Shown here: piece by piece, positions 17,801 through 27,300 of the stretch
Position numbering within the stretch: the stretch's first letter is position 1
Layout: every line of letters starts with the position of its first letter
Source of the DNA: an uncultured virus (IMG/VR IMGVR_UViG_3300032334_001399)
Taxonomy: Duplodnaviria > Heunggongvirae > Uroviricota > Caudoviricetes
Direction: 5' to 3' (one strand)
Length of the DNA: 64,000 nt
IMG/VR virus record: IMGVR_UViG_3300032334_001399
Made by a program: the position numbers and the translations under genes
The notes under the pieces: model-generated
Databases searched by the model: none
Seen by the model: only the letters and a program-made list of their open reading frames with translations
Told to the model about the DNA's origin: nothing

Positions 17801-20800
17801 AAAAGATACTGCACAACAAGTTATTGACAGTTCTAAGTCTACTCCTGCACAAATAGCTGCTGCTAAAGCAACTGTTGAAAAGGCAGGATTTAAACAGGAA
17901 ATTATTGGCTCTGCTACTCCTCAAGCTACATCTAATAAATTTGCTACAAGCGGAAACGAACTTCAAAGAGATGCCGCTAAAGAGGCTCAAAGTTCTGTAA
18001 AAGTATTAGTTGCTGGTCAAAATACCCTTAATGAACTTAAAGCTAGTGGAGCAGCTATTGATATACGTGCAGCTATTGAAACTGCACGAGCTCGCGGAAA
18101 AGCTGCAGCCGATCAAAAACGTCAAATAAATGCTTCATTACAAGAACAAGTAAAACAACTAGACGTAACTGAAAAATTAAACGGAACTTTAACAGCTGCG
18201 CAGTTTGCACAAAAACAAACTCTACAAACTCAAATTAGGCAAAATGAAAGTGCAGCAATATTGCTGGGCTTACAAACTGAGATTAAAGCGTTAGAATCTA
18301 CTAAAGTACAAGACAGTGATCAAGCACGTAAAAAAGACGAACTTGCTGCTAAACGAGCTGAACTAGGCAGACTACAAAGTGCTGAAAGTGGTAAAGCCAG
18401 CGTTCAAACTGAAGAGCAAAAGCTACAGTTAATGGAACAGCAGCTTAAAAATATTGAGTTACAATATCGTATAAAAACAGCAGATCGTGACGAGGAGTTT
18501 AAGTCTGCAGAAAGTATCTTGCAACTAGAGGCTCGTAGAACAAGCCTACAAGAAGAAATTTTAAATGCTTCACAAAGTATGGGTTTTATTCTACAAAAAG
18601 AATTTTTAACTCAAAAAGAACTAATTGATCTTAGAAAACTTGATAATAGCTATGCTCAAGATAAATTAAACACAATAAACAAGGCTAATCAAGAATTAGA
18701 TTTACAGCAAAAAATTATTGCTAGTGCTAATGAAAAACTTAAAGTTGCACCAGCTAATGCAGAGGCATCGGCTGATAAAGCGCGTGCTGAAAAAGCTCAA
18801 ACAAGAATTAACCAAACACTTCAAGGCACTTTAGCTATAATTGAACAGGAAAGAGTTGCTAGAGAAAAGAATATTAAACTAGCTGCTGATTTAGCTAAAT
18901 TTGAAGCTGGAACAGCAGAAATAGCAAAAGAAAAATTAACTATTCTTGATATGCAGATTGAAAAAGAAACCCTTTTACGCGACATTGCTAAATCTAAAAT
19001 AGACTTAGACTCAGCTACTCTAGAACGTAAAAAAGATACGCTGTTAATTACTCAGTCACAGTATTTATTAGAAAAAGGTATTATTGAGCAAAAACAATTA
19101 CAATCTAATGCTGATGATAAAATTGCTAATGCAGAGTCTGCGGCCGCTAAAAAGAGAGTTGAATTAGAGAAAAATCTAGCTGATGCTAGAAAACGCGCCG
19201 AATTAGTTAGACAAAATCAACCTTTAGAAACACAAATAGATGAATTTACTGGCACACAAACATTTGGTCCACCAAGTGCTGCGCTACAAGCAGCAGAATT
19301 AGCAGTAAAGTCACTTGAAGCACAAACTGAAAATTTGGAGGCTAATCTTAAAAATCAAGTAGACACTATTCGCGGCATTGTAAAGCAAGAAAAAGAACGA
19401 GCACTAGTTAATTCTCAACTAGCTGTATTTATTGAAAGACAAAATGAAGAGTATAAGCGACAAAAAGATCTTAGAGACGTAGAAGCACTACAACTACAAC
19501 TAATAAGCAATACAGAACAAAGTAAGTTAACTTTACAATCAACTTACCTAGAAGGCAGAAAATCAATAGGATTTATACTTGACGCAGAATATCAAAAACA
19601 AAAAGGCTTACTAGACTTAGAAAAATCTAAGGCAGATAAGATTATTCAACAAAATAACTTAAAAAAGACCGCTGCAGAGCAAGCTGACACAGATAAGAAA
19701 AATCTTGAATTAGCACAAGAGCGTTTAAGAATTGCTAATGCTAGTGCTCAACGTGAACTTGATGAAAAAAATAAGCTATTATTTGGCCAAGGACTACAGT
19801 TTGAATCAACACAACCTACTAGTAATAAAACTCAGGCACAGATAACAGCAGAACAAGATTTAGCTACTGCAACAGCAACTCAAGCTGCTAATAAAGCAAT
19901 TTCAGACGAAAAACAAGCTGCACTTGATAGGGAAGCTGCAGCTCGTGAAAAAATAATAAGTTTACAAGCTAGACAAAATGTATTGCAGGCTGAGCAAACT
20001 GAGTTAATGAAAAAAGTTGGTGCTGCAACTGAAACACTTAATGCGCTATTTGCTGGTATGGGTGGAAATACCCCTCAAATTGCTAAATCAATTGGTGATA
20101 TAGGTACAGCTATTATATCTAATAGAAAAGAACAAGAGATTTTAAATAACAAACGCGAATCAGAAGTTGAAATCGCAAAATCTTCTAGCGATACTCAAGG
20201 CGAGTACTTAGAAAAATTAGGCGGTATTAACAAAAAGTTTGCCAAAGAACAGCAAAAATTAGATGTAGATACTGCAATGAAAAGTGCTGGTGCTGCTAAA
20301 ATGATGTTTAAAGAAAAAACAGCTGCTTATAAAGTATTTGCTGCTTTTGAAAAAGCAATGATGGTAGTTAAGCTAGCTACTTTAGCTGCAGAAATTTCAG
20401 GAGAACTTGGTCTTACTGCAGTAAGCGTAGCTGCAAGTGGAGCACGTGCTGGTGCTAAAGGTACTGAATCTATTGTTAATGCAATGAAAGATTTACCCTT
20501 TCCTATTAGTTTAGCGGCTGGTGCTGCTGTAGCTGCAATAGTAGCTTCACTATTAGGCAGTGCATTTGCCAAAAAACCAACTGGTTTTGGAGGTGTTACT
20601 GCAGCTCAGCGTCAAGAAACCCAAGGCACTGCTATGGGGTATAATGCTGAAACTGGTGAAAAAATACAAGTTCGTCGTGGTGTATTTGGTGATGAAAATG
20701 CAAAAAGTGAATCTATTAACAATTCATTAAAACTAATTGCTGCAAATAGCGTAGACGGTTTAGATTATGATAATAAGATGCTTAATGCATTAAATAACTT

Positions 20801-22841
20801 AAAAGATGCATTAACACAATCTTCACAAGCACTTTTTGGTATTAAAGGTTTGCGTGCTGGTAGTATGTTTGGTACTCAAGAAGGTACTAATACTAGTGGT
20901 GGTTTTTTAGGAATTGGTGGATTATTTAGCAGTTCAACAACTCGTAGTATTGTGGACAGCGGATTACAATTAAAAGGTACTTTTTTAGAGCTTGCTAGAA
21001 CTGGTGGTGGTTTGATTAATACTTTTGAAGTAGTAAGTACGACTACTAAAAATAGTGGATTTTTAGGTCTAGGCGGTAGTACTAAAACTAGTCAGTCAAC
21101 AAACTTTAGAGATTTAGGTATTACAGACCCTAAAGCTGAAGCATCTTTACGAGCTGCTTTTGGTTATGCTGCTGATTTAATATCTAGTGTTGGTGAACAG
21201 GCCGGCAAACTTCCACAAGAAATTGAAACCGCTATGAGTAACGCCAAAATAGACGAATTAGTCTCTTTACGTGGTTTAACTGGTGAAGACTTTATTAAAC
21301 AACTAGAAGCCGTAGTAGGTTCAGTACTAGACGATACTGCCCTAGTACTATTTAGCGAGTTTGAAAAATTTGCTAAATTTGGTGAGGGTATGCTAGAAAC
21401 TGTGGTTCGTGTAGTAGATACCAATACCAAGGTTAATCAAGCTATTAAAAATATTGGTACTAGTGTTGCTGGTCAACTTACAGAAACTTTTACTAAATCA
21501 TTTTTTGGATGGACATATAGCACCGGAGTTATTACTACCACTTACGATAAACTAACTAATGATATAACTGAAGCACTAGTAAAAGCTGCCGGTGGTTTAG
21601 ATAAGTTTTTAGATAAAGTAGAGGGTTTTAGATCAAACTTTTTAACTGAACAGGAGCGTTTAGCGCCAATTGCTCAAGCGTATCGCAAAGGTTTAACTGA
21701 CTTAGGTTATAGCGCAGATATTAGTCGTGATCAACTTAAACAGTTAATACAAAACTTTAACCTATTTGATCCTGCTGCTGGGCGTGCTGGTAAAAGTGCA
21801 GAACAAACTTATGTAGCACTACTTGATATTGCAGATGGTTTTGATAAAGTAGCAGATGCTGCTGAAGCTGCTGCTAAAAAAGTCAGCGATGAGCGTGAAG
21901 GGCTACAACGTAAACTAGATGAATTATTAATGTCTAATACACAGTTACGTGAATTAGATATTCAAAAAATAGATATTACAAATCGTGCACTTCAACGTCA
22001 AATCTGGGCACAGCAAGATGTACAAACCGCAGCTAAAGCACTACAAACTAGATTAAGTGATGTTACTAAAACTATTAATGGTCAAATTACTAGTTTAACA
22101 GATTACCGTCAATCATTAATGGTTGGTGATAAATCTACACTTACACAAATTGAGCAGTATCAACAAGCTAAACAAAACCTAACAGAATTATTTAGAACAG
22201 CTAATGATTCTACAGCAACTGATGAAGTACGTAATGTTGCACTAGGTAAAATACAAGGTGCTAGTGATCAGGTACTTGGACTATCTCGTCAACTATACGC
22301 CAGTGGTGCACAGTACAGCGCAGATCAAGCAACAGTTATTGGTATCTTAGATGCTACTAAAGCTGACCTAGAAAAACGCAAAACTGATGCACAACTACAA
22401 TTAACACAACTACAAAATAGCAATAGTTTCTTGGAGAATATTCAAGCCAATACAAAATCTACCATGGATTTGTTGGCAGAGTTCTTAGCAGCTCAATCAG
22501 TGTATACTGCAGCAAGTAATCAACCAGGTGCTAGTCGTGCAAGTTTTGCTGTGGGTACAAACTACGTGCCACACGACATGACTGCTGACATTCACCGCGG
22601 TGAACGCATTATACCTGCTGCTGATAATGTTACACTAATTGCTAATAACAAAGAAATGTTACAAGAAATTCGTCAATTAAATCAGCGAATTGTTAATCTA
22701 GAACAAGCAATTGTTGAAGGAAATATGATTAATGCAGCTGCAACTGATCGTAACACTGATGCAATTGTTGTAGCAATTGAGTCTGGTACAGACACTACAC
22801 TACAATTTAATAGACTACAAAAGAAGGGTACAATTAAATGA
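14817..22841 (+). CDS. Tape measure protein (2674 aa)
   Basis: Follows the chaperones; N-terminal SARDFA...LYATFAANLYAV resembles T5 pb2; long Ala/Gln/Lys/Glu-rich helical body; C-terminal FAVGTNYVPHDM...IHRGERIIP. Confidence 0.92.
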   Translation: MATENTTNHIVNVTDEGTTDKVIKKIGTLLSKVEAVQAAASKINMGSTAQATTQTSTPKGYSAASASIPSSGTAGSRAAAQSAKPSGMETQQYNALRGTAGVTGASARDFAKQSEGMGGLVRLYATFAANLYAVTAAFNGLKTAMDTTNMIRGLDQLGASSGVALGSLSKQLLEVTQGALSMRESMKVTAQVTSAGLGSQAVLKLGEAGTKIAQALGLDAADSITRLTRAVTKLEPELLDELGIFVKIDDVVQKYALSVGKTSAQVTEFERRQAFLNAVIDQSKSKFGDIAVDVNPYNQLAASLANVGQKIAEVINTAIGPLVSLLASSPTALYTTVAAISALLVKQAVPAIGDFRNSLRASVAEAADFAKRKAEDAVAAEAARAKQIEDKVRSSADKQVKIVEDAEAKIDALKDPAKKKGGLLAKVAKADAGEIEDKGYIQKLRDKAAAEEKKGRTESAQSHREYATALEGHVAAEKELFRVQAEARAAAEKDPSLLSTRGQAIKSSLDSQLQLTKANIIANAGYAGSIDSLSGAWSGLKKEIKDANLTGFTKATTTLQGGFAILTGKISTAVSAFGTWGAALAAGIEIAALLSSWISKNYQEMVKFDQSMDQLKATTKNTAAVLEKFSQIDPLGKLAVTSTLARATALNELTQGVEKTIDALLTVDKASNAWDRFWDGAFSVVGKDLKSTNSREIGVAIAESIALADTGPAKDAYIAKIKEITGGKGTTAAGFVEFADTSNADKYKDAVKKITEAQKDFNKSQQESASRLQAVQDSFKNTNKAYSELAQSLSGSTPLSKFAEQIQTSAFTLTDSLKSPEQSIKTIIGLLNNPTEAGFLSKESYDRLMASSEEIRNVYKEIQFQEATIREKQAKLADPSIGGVERADIQDVIKRAEEQIRKLQASAVTIASPIVKALSEDNFRIAGQALAQETAASLNKASETIRKSYGSLFTGERAVSFEQDIAKKDLAVKVQGIETTLELIKSNIELKLAIEKDTAQQVIDSSKSTPAQIAAAKATVEKAGFKQEIIGSATPQATSNKFATSGNELQRDAAKEAQSSVKVLVAGQNTLNELKASGAAIDIRAAIETARARGKAAADQKRQINASLQEQVKQLDVTEKLNGTLTAAQFAQKQTLQTQIRQNESAAILLGLQTEIKALESTKVQDSDQARKKDELAAKRAELGRLQSAESGKASVQTEEQKLQLMEQQLKNIELQYRIKTADRDEEFKSAESILQLEARRTSLQEEILNASQSMGFILQKEFLTQKELIDLRKLDNSYAQDKLNTINKANQELDLQQKIIASANEKLKVAPANAEASADKARAEKAQTRINQTLQGTLAIIEQERVAREKNIKLAADLAKFEAGTAEIAKEKLTILDMQIEKETLLRDIAKSKIDLDSATLERKKDTLLITQSQYLLEKGIIEQKQLQSNADDKIANAESAAAKKRVELEKNLADARKRAELVRQNQPLETQIDEFTGTQTFGPPSAALQAAELAVKSLEAQTENLEANLKNQVDTIRGIVKQEKERALVNSQLAVFIERQNEEYKRQKDLRDVEALQLQLISNTEQSKLTLQSTYLEGRKSIGFILDAEYQKQKGLLDLEKSKADKIIQQNNLKKTAAEQADTDKKNLELAQERLRIANASAQRELDEKNKLLFGQGLQFESTQPTSNKTQAQITAEQDLATATATQAANKAISDEKQAALDREAAAREKIISLQARQNVLQAEQTELMKKVGAATETLNALFAGMGGNTPQIAKSIGDIGTAIISNRKEQEILNNKRESEVEIAKSSSDTQGEYLEKLGGINKKFAKEQQKLDVDTAMKSAGAAKMMFKEKTAAYKVFAAFEKAMMVVKLATLAAEISGELGLTAVSVAASGARAGAKGTESIVNAMKDLPFPISLAAGAAVAAIVASLLGSAFAKKPTGFGGVTAAQRQETQGTAMGYNAETGEKIQVRRGVFGDENAKSESINNSLKLIAANSVDGLDYDNKMLNALNNLKDALTQSSQALFGIKGLRAGSMFGTQEGTNTSGGFLGIGGLFSSSTTRSIVDSGLQLKGTFLELARTGGGLINTFEVVSTTTKNSGFLGLGGSTKTSQSTNFRDLGITDPKAEASLRAAFGYAADLISSVGEQAGKLPQEIETAMSNAKIDELVSLRGLTGEDFIKQLEAVVGSVLDDTALVLFSEFEKFAKFGEGMLETVVRVVDTNTKVNQAIKNIGTSVAGQLTETFTKSFFGWTYSTGVITTTYDKLTNDITEALVKAAGGLDKFLDKVEGFRSNFLTEQERLAPIAQAYRKGLTDLGYSADISRDQLKQLIQNFNLFDPAAGRAGKSAEQTYVALLDIADGFDKVADAAEAAAKKVSDEREGLQRKLDELLMSNTQLRELDIQKIDITNRALQRQIWAQQDVQTAAKALQTRLSDVTKTINGQITSLTDYRQSLMVGDKSTLTQIEQYQQAKQNLTELFRTANDSTATDEVRNVALGKIQGASDQVLGLSRQLYASGAQYSADQATVIGILDATKADLEKRKTDAQLQLTQLQNSNSFLENIQANTKSTMDLLAEFLAAQSVYTAASNQPGASRASFAVGTNYVPHDMTADIHRGERIIPAADNVTLIANNKEMLQEIRQLNQRIVNLEQAIVEGNMINAAATDRNTDAIVVAIESGTDTTLQFNRLQKKGTIK

Positions 22842-24373
22842 AAACACTAACACAGATAAAGGCTTGGCTTAATACGCCAAGTCATATTAAGTGCACACTA
22901 GCAGATATTACTGAACTGGGTTCCCAATTTAGTAATCTTAGTAGTGGTGTCCTAAACTTATCTAGTGTAGCGTATACTGATAGCGGCACCGCCTATGATG
23001 CTTGCATTATAGGCGGACTAAATTTTAGTGAACAGCTAAACTTAGATGGTGCCGCTAGCCTAAGTTTTGGCGCCATTAACTTAGTAAATACCTACGGTGT
23101 TAATGACCAATTTTTAACCTATATCTGGAATCGTAGGCCAATTAAGATTTACTTAGGTGATCCTAGTTGGCCTAAAAGTGACTTTGTGTTAATATTTGAC
23201 GGTTTAGTACAAGACTTGACTACAAATGGTGAGGGCGAGTTAACTTTAAGTCTTTTTGATAAGCTACAGTGGTTAAATGATTCATTAACAGAAAGTACAC
23301 TAAAGTCCCTGACTGGATATAGCGAGGCTCAAAAAACAGTTAATGGTGTTGTTACACCAAATGAAACTATTTTACCCATTGTATTTGGCGAATGTTTTAA
23401 TGTTCAGCCATTATTTGTAGACAACGGCACTTTTGGTAATACTGGTAATGTGTACATGGTGCATAAAGGCTTAGTGGATAATATAGTAGAAGTCAGAGAC
23501 AATGGTGTACCTGTTGAAGTAGTAAAAAATTTAAACTCAGGAACTTTTGCACTAACTACTACGCCTTTTGGAACCATTACTTGTGACATCCTAGGTGACG
23601 CTACCGGTAGTTATACTAATACTATTCCCGGTATTATTAGTAAAATTTGTACTAGTAGTAGTTATGGTACACTAAGTACTAATAGGTTTACTAGCAGTGA
23701 TTTAAATCTAGGTACTGATACTCGTGCTGTTGGCGTTTACATTAACAGCAAAACAAATATGTTACAAGTTTGTAATGAACTTGCACAAAGCATTAATGCC
23801 AGTTTAATAAGTCCTAGTGTAACTGTTAATTATCAAACTGGCGAAATATCTGCAAGTAAACTTAGATTAGTAGAACTCAAAGTGCCTAGTGGAGATGCTG
23901 TTGTTGAATTAAATGATGATTATATGGTAGTGGGTACTTTGGCAATTACTGAAATTTTTCCTGTAAAGCCCTATGTTAAACTAGGATACTGTAAAAATTT
24001 TACTACTCAACAAACTGTAGCTGCTGGTATAAATCCTGCTAGTAAGTTTGATGAAGAATATTGGTATATTTTGGATCAAAATACTACTAATAAAACCTTG
24101 TATAGAGATGCGGGTACAGTGCAAGAAACTCCCACGTTATTAATTACTACAACAGATGCTACCGACGAGGCAACTAAAAGATTAACACTATGGGAAAAGC
24201 CTAGAAAATTAATTACTGCTACTTATTTACCTCACCACTTATTTACTCAGTTAGGTGATATTGTTACTATTAAATCTAGTAGATTTGGTTTAAGCAATGG
24301 TGAATTGGGTATAGTATATAGCATTAATAGAGACTGGATTACCGGAATGGTACAAATTGGAGTTTTAGTATAA
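22838..24373 (+). CDS. Tail tip/baseplate hub-like protein
   Basis: Overlaps the tape measure stop; PIVFGECFNVQP, VRDNGVPV, LGDIVTIKSSRFGL. Confidence 0.65.
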   Translation: MKTLTQIKAWLNTPSHIKCTLADITELGSQFSNLSSGVLNLSSVAYTDSGTAYDACIIGGLNFSEQLNLDGAASLSFGAINLVNTYGVNDQFLTYIWNRRPIKIYLGDPSWPKSDFVLIFDGLVQDLTTNGEGELTLSLFDKLQWLNDSLTESTLKSLTGYSEAQKTVNGVVTPNETILPIVFGECFNVQPLFVDNGTFGNTGNVYMVHKGLVDNIVEVRDNGVPVEVVKNLNSGTFALTTTPFGTITCDILGDATGSYTNTIPGIISKICTSSSYGTLSTNRFTSSDLNLGTDTRAVGVYINSKTNMLQVCNELAQSINASLISPSVTVNYQTGEISASKLRLVELKVPSGDAVVELNDDYMVVGTLAITEIFPVKPYVKLGYCKNFTTQQTVAAGINPASKFDEEYWYILDQNTTNKTLYRDAGTVQETPTLLITTTDATDEATKRLTLWEKPRKLITATYLPHHLFTQLGDIVTIKSSRFGLSNGELGIVYSINRDWITGMVQIGVLV

Positions 24374-27300
24374 ATGACAACACCTGTTAATTCTAGACGT
24401 GCAGCTTTAGAAGCTACATCTCCTCGCATACTGCAAGTTGGGGATAATTATATTAATTTAACTGTAACTAGTCAACAGTTTAAAATTGGTACAGATAATC
24501 AGCCAAATCCTGCATCTGTAACTATTACTGCTAATTTAGTAGGTGTTTTAGCAGGTACTGTTACATTTAATACTAATGTAGTTCCTAATCAATTTGTAGC
24601 TGGTACTACATTTACGGGCACAATTGCTTTAAATAGCAATATTTTAACAACAATTAATACTCCTGGTGTACCAGCAGTAGGTATGGAATTAACCGGTGGT
24701 AATATTCAGCCTGGCACTTATATTGTTTCAGGTTCAGGTACTAACTGGATAGTAAGTAAAACTCAAACACTTGCAACATCTGCGGCTACACTAACGGGTA
24801 GTCCGCATACACGGTCGGGTAATACACTTACTATAACACCAGCAATTATGGCTAGTGATTATGTAACTGTTACTGCTAGTATTACCTATCAAAACGTTAC
24901 ATATACTTCTGCTCCTGTTAGTATTACTAAAATTTACAATAGTATACAAGCCAGGCTATCACAAACATTTAAAATCTATGCTAGTTATGATGATGGCACT
25001 GGTTATAATATACCACTACCAATATCTCAACTAAATAGCACTGACAGAATATATTTAGATTTATATAACGGAGACTATGCTTTTAACCGCGGAACTGCTG
25101 GTAATATTACATACTCACCACTAGCTAATACTGTAGTTGCTAAAAATGGATTAAAAGTTTATTTAAGTTCTGGCGATCCTAGTATTGATCCTACTATTAC
25201 TGGTACTTCTATTACTACTGGTAATGTTTATAAAATAGCAACAACAGGAAATCAAACTGCATTTGGTGCAGCTAATAATACTGTAGGAACAATTTTTACT
25301 GCTACACAAAACGGAACATTAACTAGTGGTACAGTTTCTATAATTTTTTCTGCTGGACAAGTAATAATTGAAGAAGATACCCCAGGATCTTGGACTACTC
25401 TTGACCCTACTAATTTTACATTAACTGCAACCAGAAGTGGCGTAAATTACAGCGCTATTTTTAATGTAAGTAAACAAAGACAGGGTATGGGTGGTATACA
25501 GTATGGTACAATTAGTCTATATCGTTGGTCCGCAATAGACCCTAGCGCAAATCAGGGAGCTCTTTTACCCAAAGGCACTAGTACCTATACTTGGTATTCA
25601 CAGTCGCATGTATACAACCCTACAGCAGTACAGGGTAATCTTGATAGTTGGACTGTTGCAATACCCACTAAACCCACAGATAACTACACTTATTTATTGT
25701 GGAAAATTACTAAATCCGTTCAACAACAATCGGCTAGAGATGTAACTATACAAACATTAACAGGTATTACATGGACTAGTGATTATAAACTTACTGAAGT
25801 AACTACTACTAGTAATGAATTTGTTAAAACTAAAACAGCTACATTATATCAAAATGGTATTGGTGCCGCACCTGATGCTCCTACAGGTAGCGCAGTCTAT
25901 AATTGGACAACTGAAACATTAGATGTTTCTGGTACTTCTCTAAATTTTTGGACAGTAACTATTCCAGCCGAACAAGAAGGCGTTGCACTTTACACGTTTA
26001 ATGTAGACCTAATAGAATCTAAAACTACTACTTCAACTACTGTTTATTGGGATAAAGGATATTCAAAATTAGTTACTATTTACGGTAAAAATTCAATTGT
26101 AGCTAGATTTGACAATGGTACGCATGCCATTCCTTGTGACTATCTAGATAGTGAAGCTAGTAGAAATTTTAGTAACAGCGGTACAAAACTAGTTGCCTAT
26201 GACGGTACTACTGTTTTAACAGCTATTAGTGATGATACTGTGTTTAGTAAAGGTACATATAAAGTTAGTACTGCTGCTGATGGCGTAACTGTTGGCACAA
26301 AAACTGTGGGTGGTACTGCTGGTTTTACATTTGGCAATATTACAGCTGCAACTTTTGCTAGTACTACAACTGGTAGCATAACTTTTACACTTACTGGACA
26401 AACCCTAACTGGCACAGCATTTACATATAAACTAGTACAAACATTTACTAAAACACCTAGAGGTGATCCAGGTATTAACTACTGGATAGTAACAGATGCA
26501 TCAGTTATTAGTAAATCACTTGGTGGAGCATTTACACCTAGTACTATTACAGTAACTGCTAAAAAATCTGTGGCAGGGGTGGCCTCAGATTACGCTGGTT
26601 GGTTTAAAATTTATAAAAATTCAGATCCAGCTGCAGTATATACAAGCAATGCTGCTGAATCAAGTAAAACTTATACAATACCAGCAGACACTACACAGTT
26701 AAAATTTAGAGTATATGACAGTAATCCAGACGCACAAACTGGTAGTAAGATTATACTAGACGAAGAAATTGTGCCAGTTGTTAACGACGGACCTACTGGT
26801 AATATTGGCAATAGTGCTCGTCGTGCCTATGTAAAAACAACTACTACTCCTGCTAGTAGTGGTGACAATGGTCCTAGCACATATACAGCAACTGGTGATG
26901 CTTTACCAAGAGATAATGTTTGGTTTACTAAAGATGTGGCAACTGGACGTGGTGTATGGGCATCTACTCCTCAACAAATTGCTGAAGGCGAAACACTATA
27001 TCAAAGTGATGGTATTTTTGTTTATGGTGGTAATACCACTTGGGGATTCCCTTACATTAGCGCCTTAAAAGTAGGTAACCTAAGTGCAATTACAGTAAAT
27101 ACTGGTGATTTATATGTAAGTGGCAGTATTCGTGGCGGAGCAAATTCCACAAAAGATTCAACTATTGATTTGACCACAGGTTCCGGCTACTATATTAGCA
27201 GTACTGGAAGTTTTAGGATTGGTAATCCTACAACTAATTACCTAAAGTGGGATGGTACTGATTTAACTATTAATACTACTGGTGCTGTAAAAATTGGTAA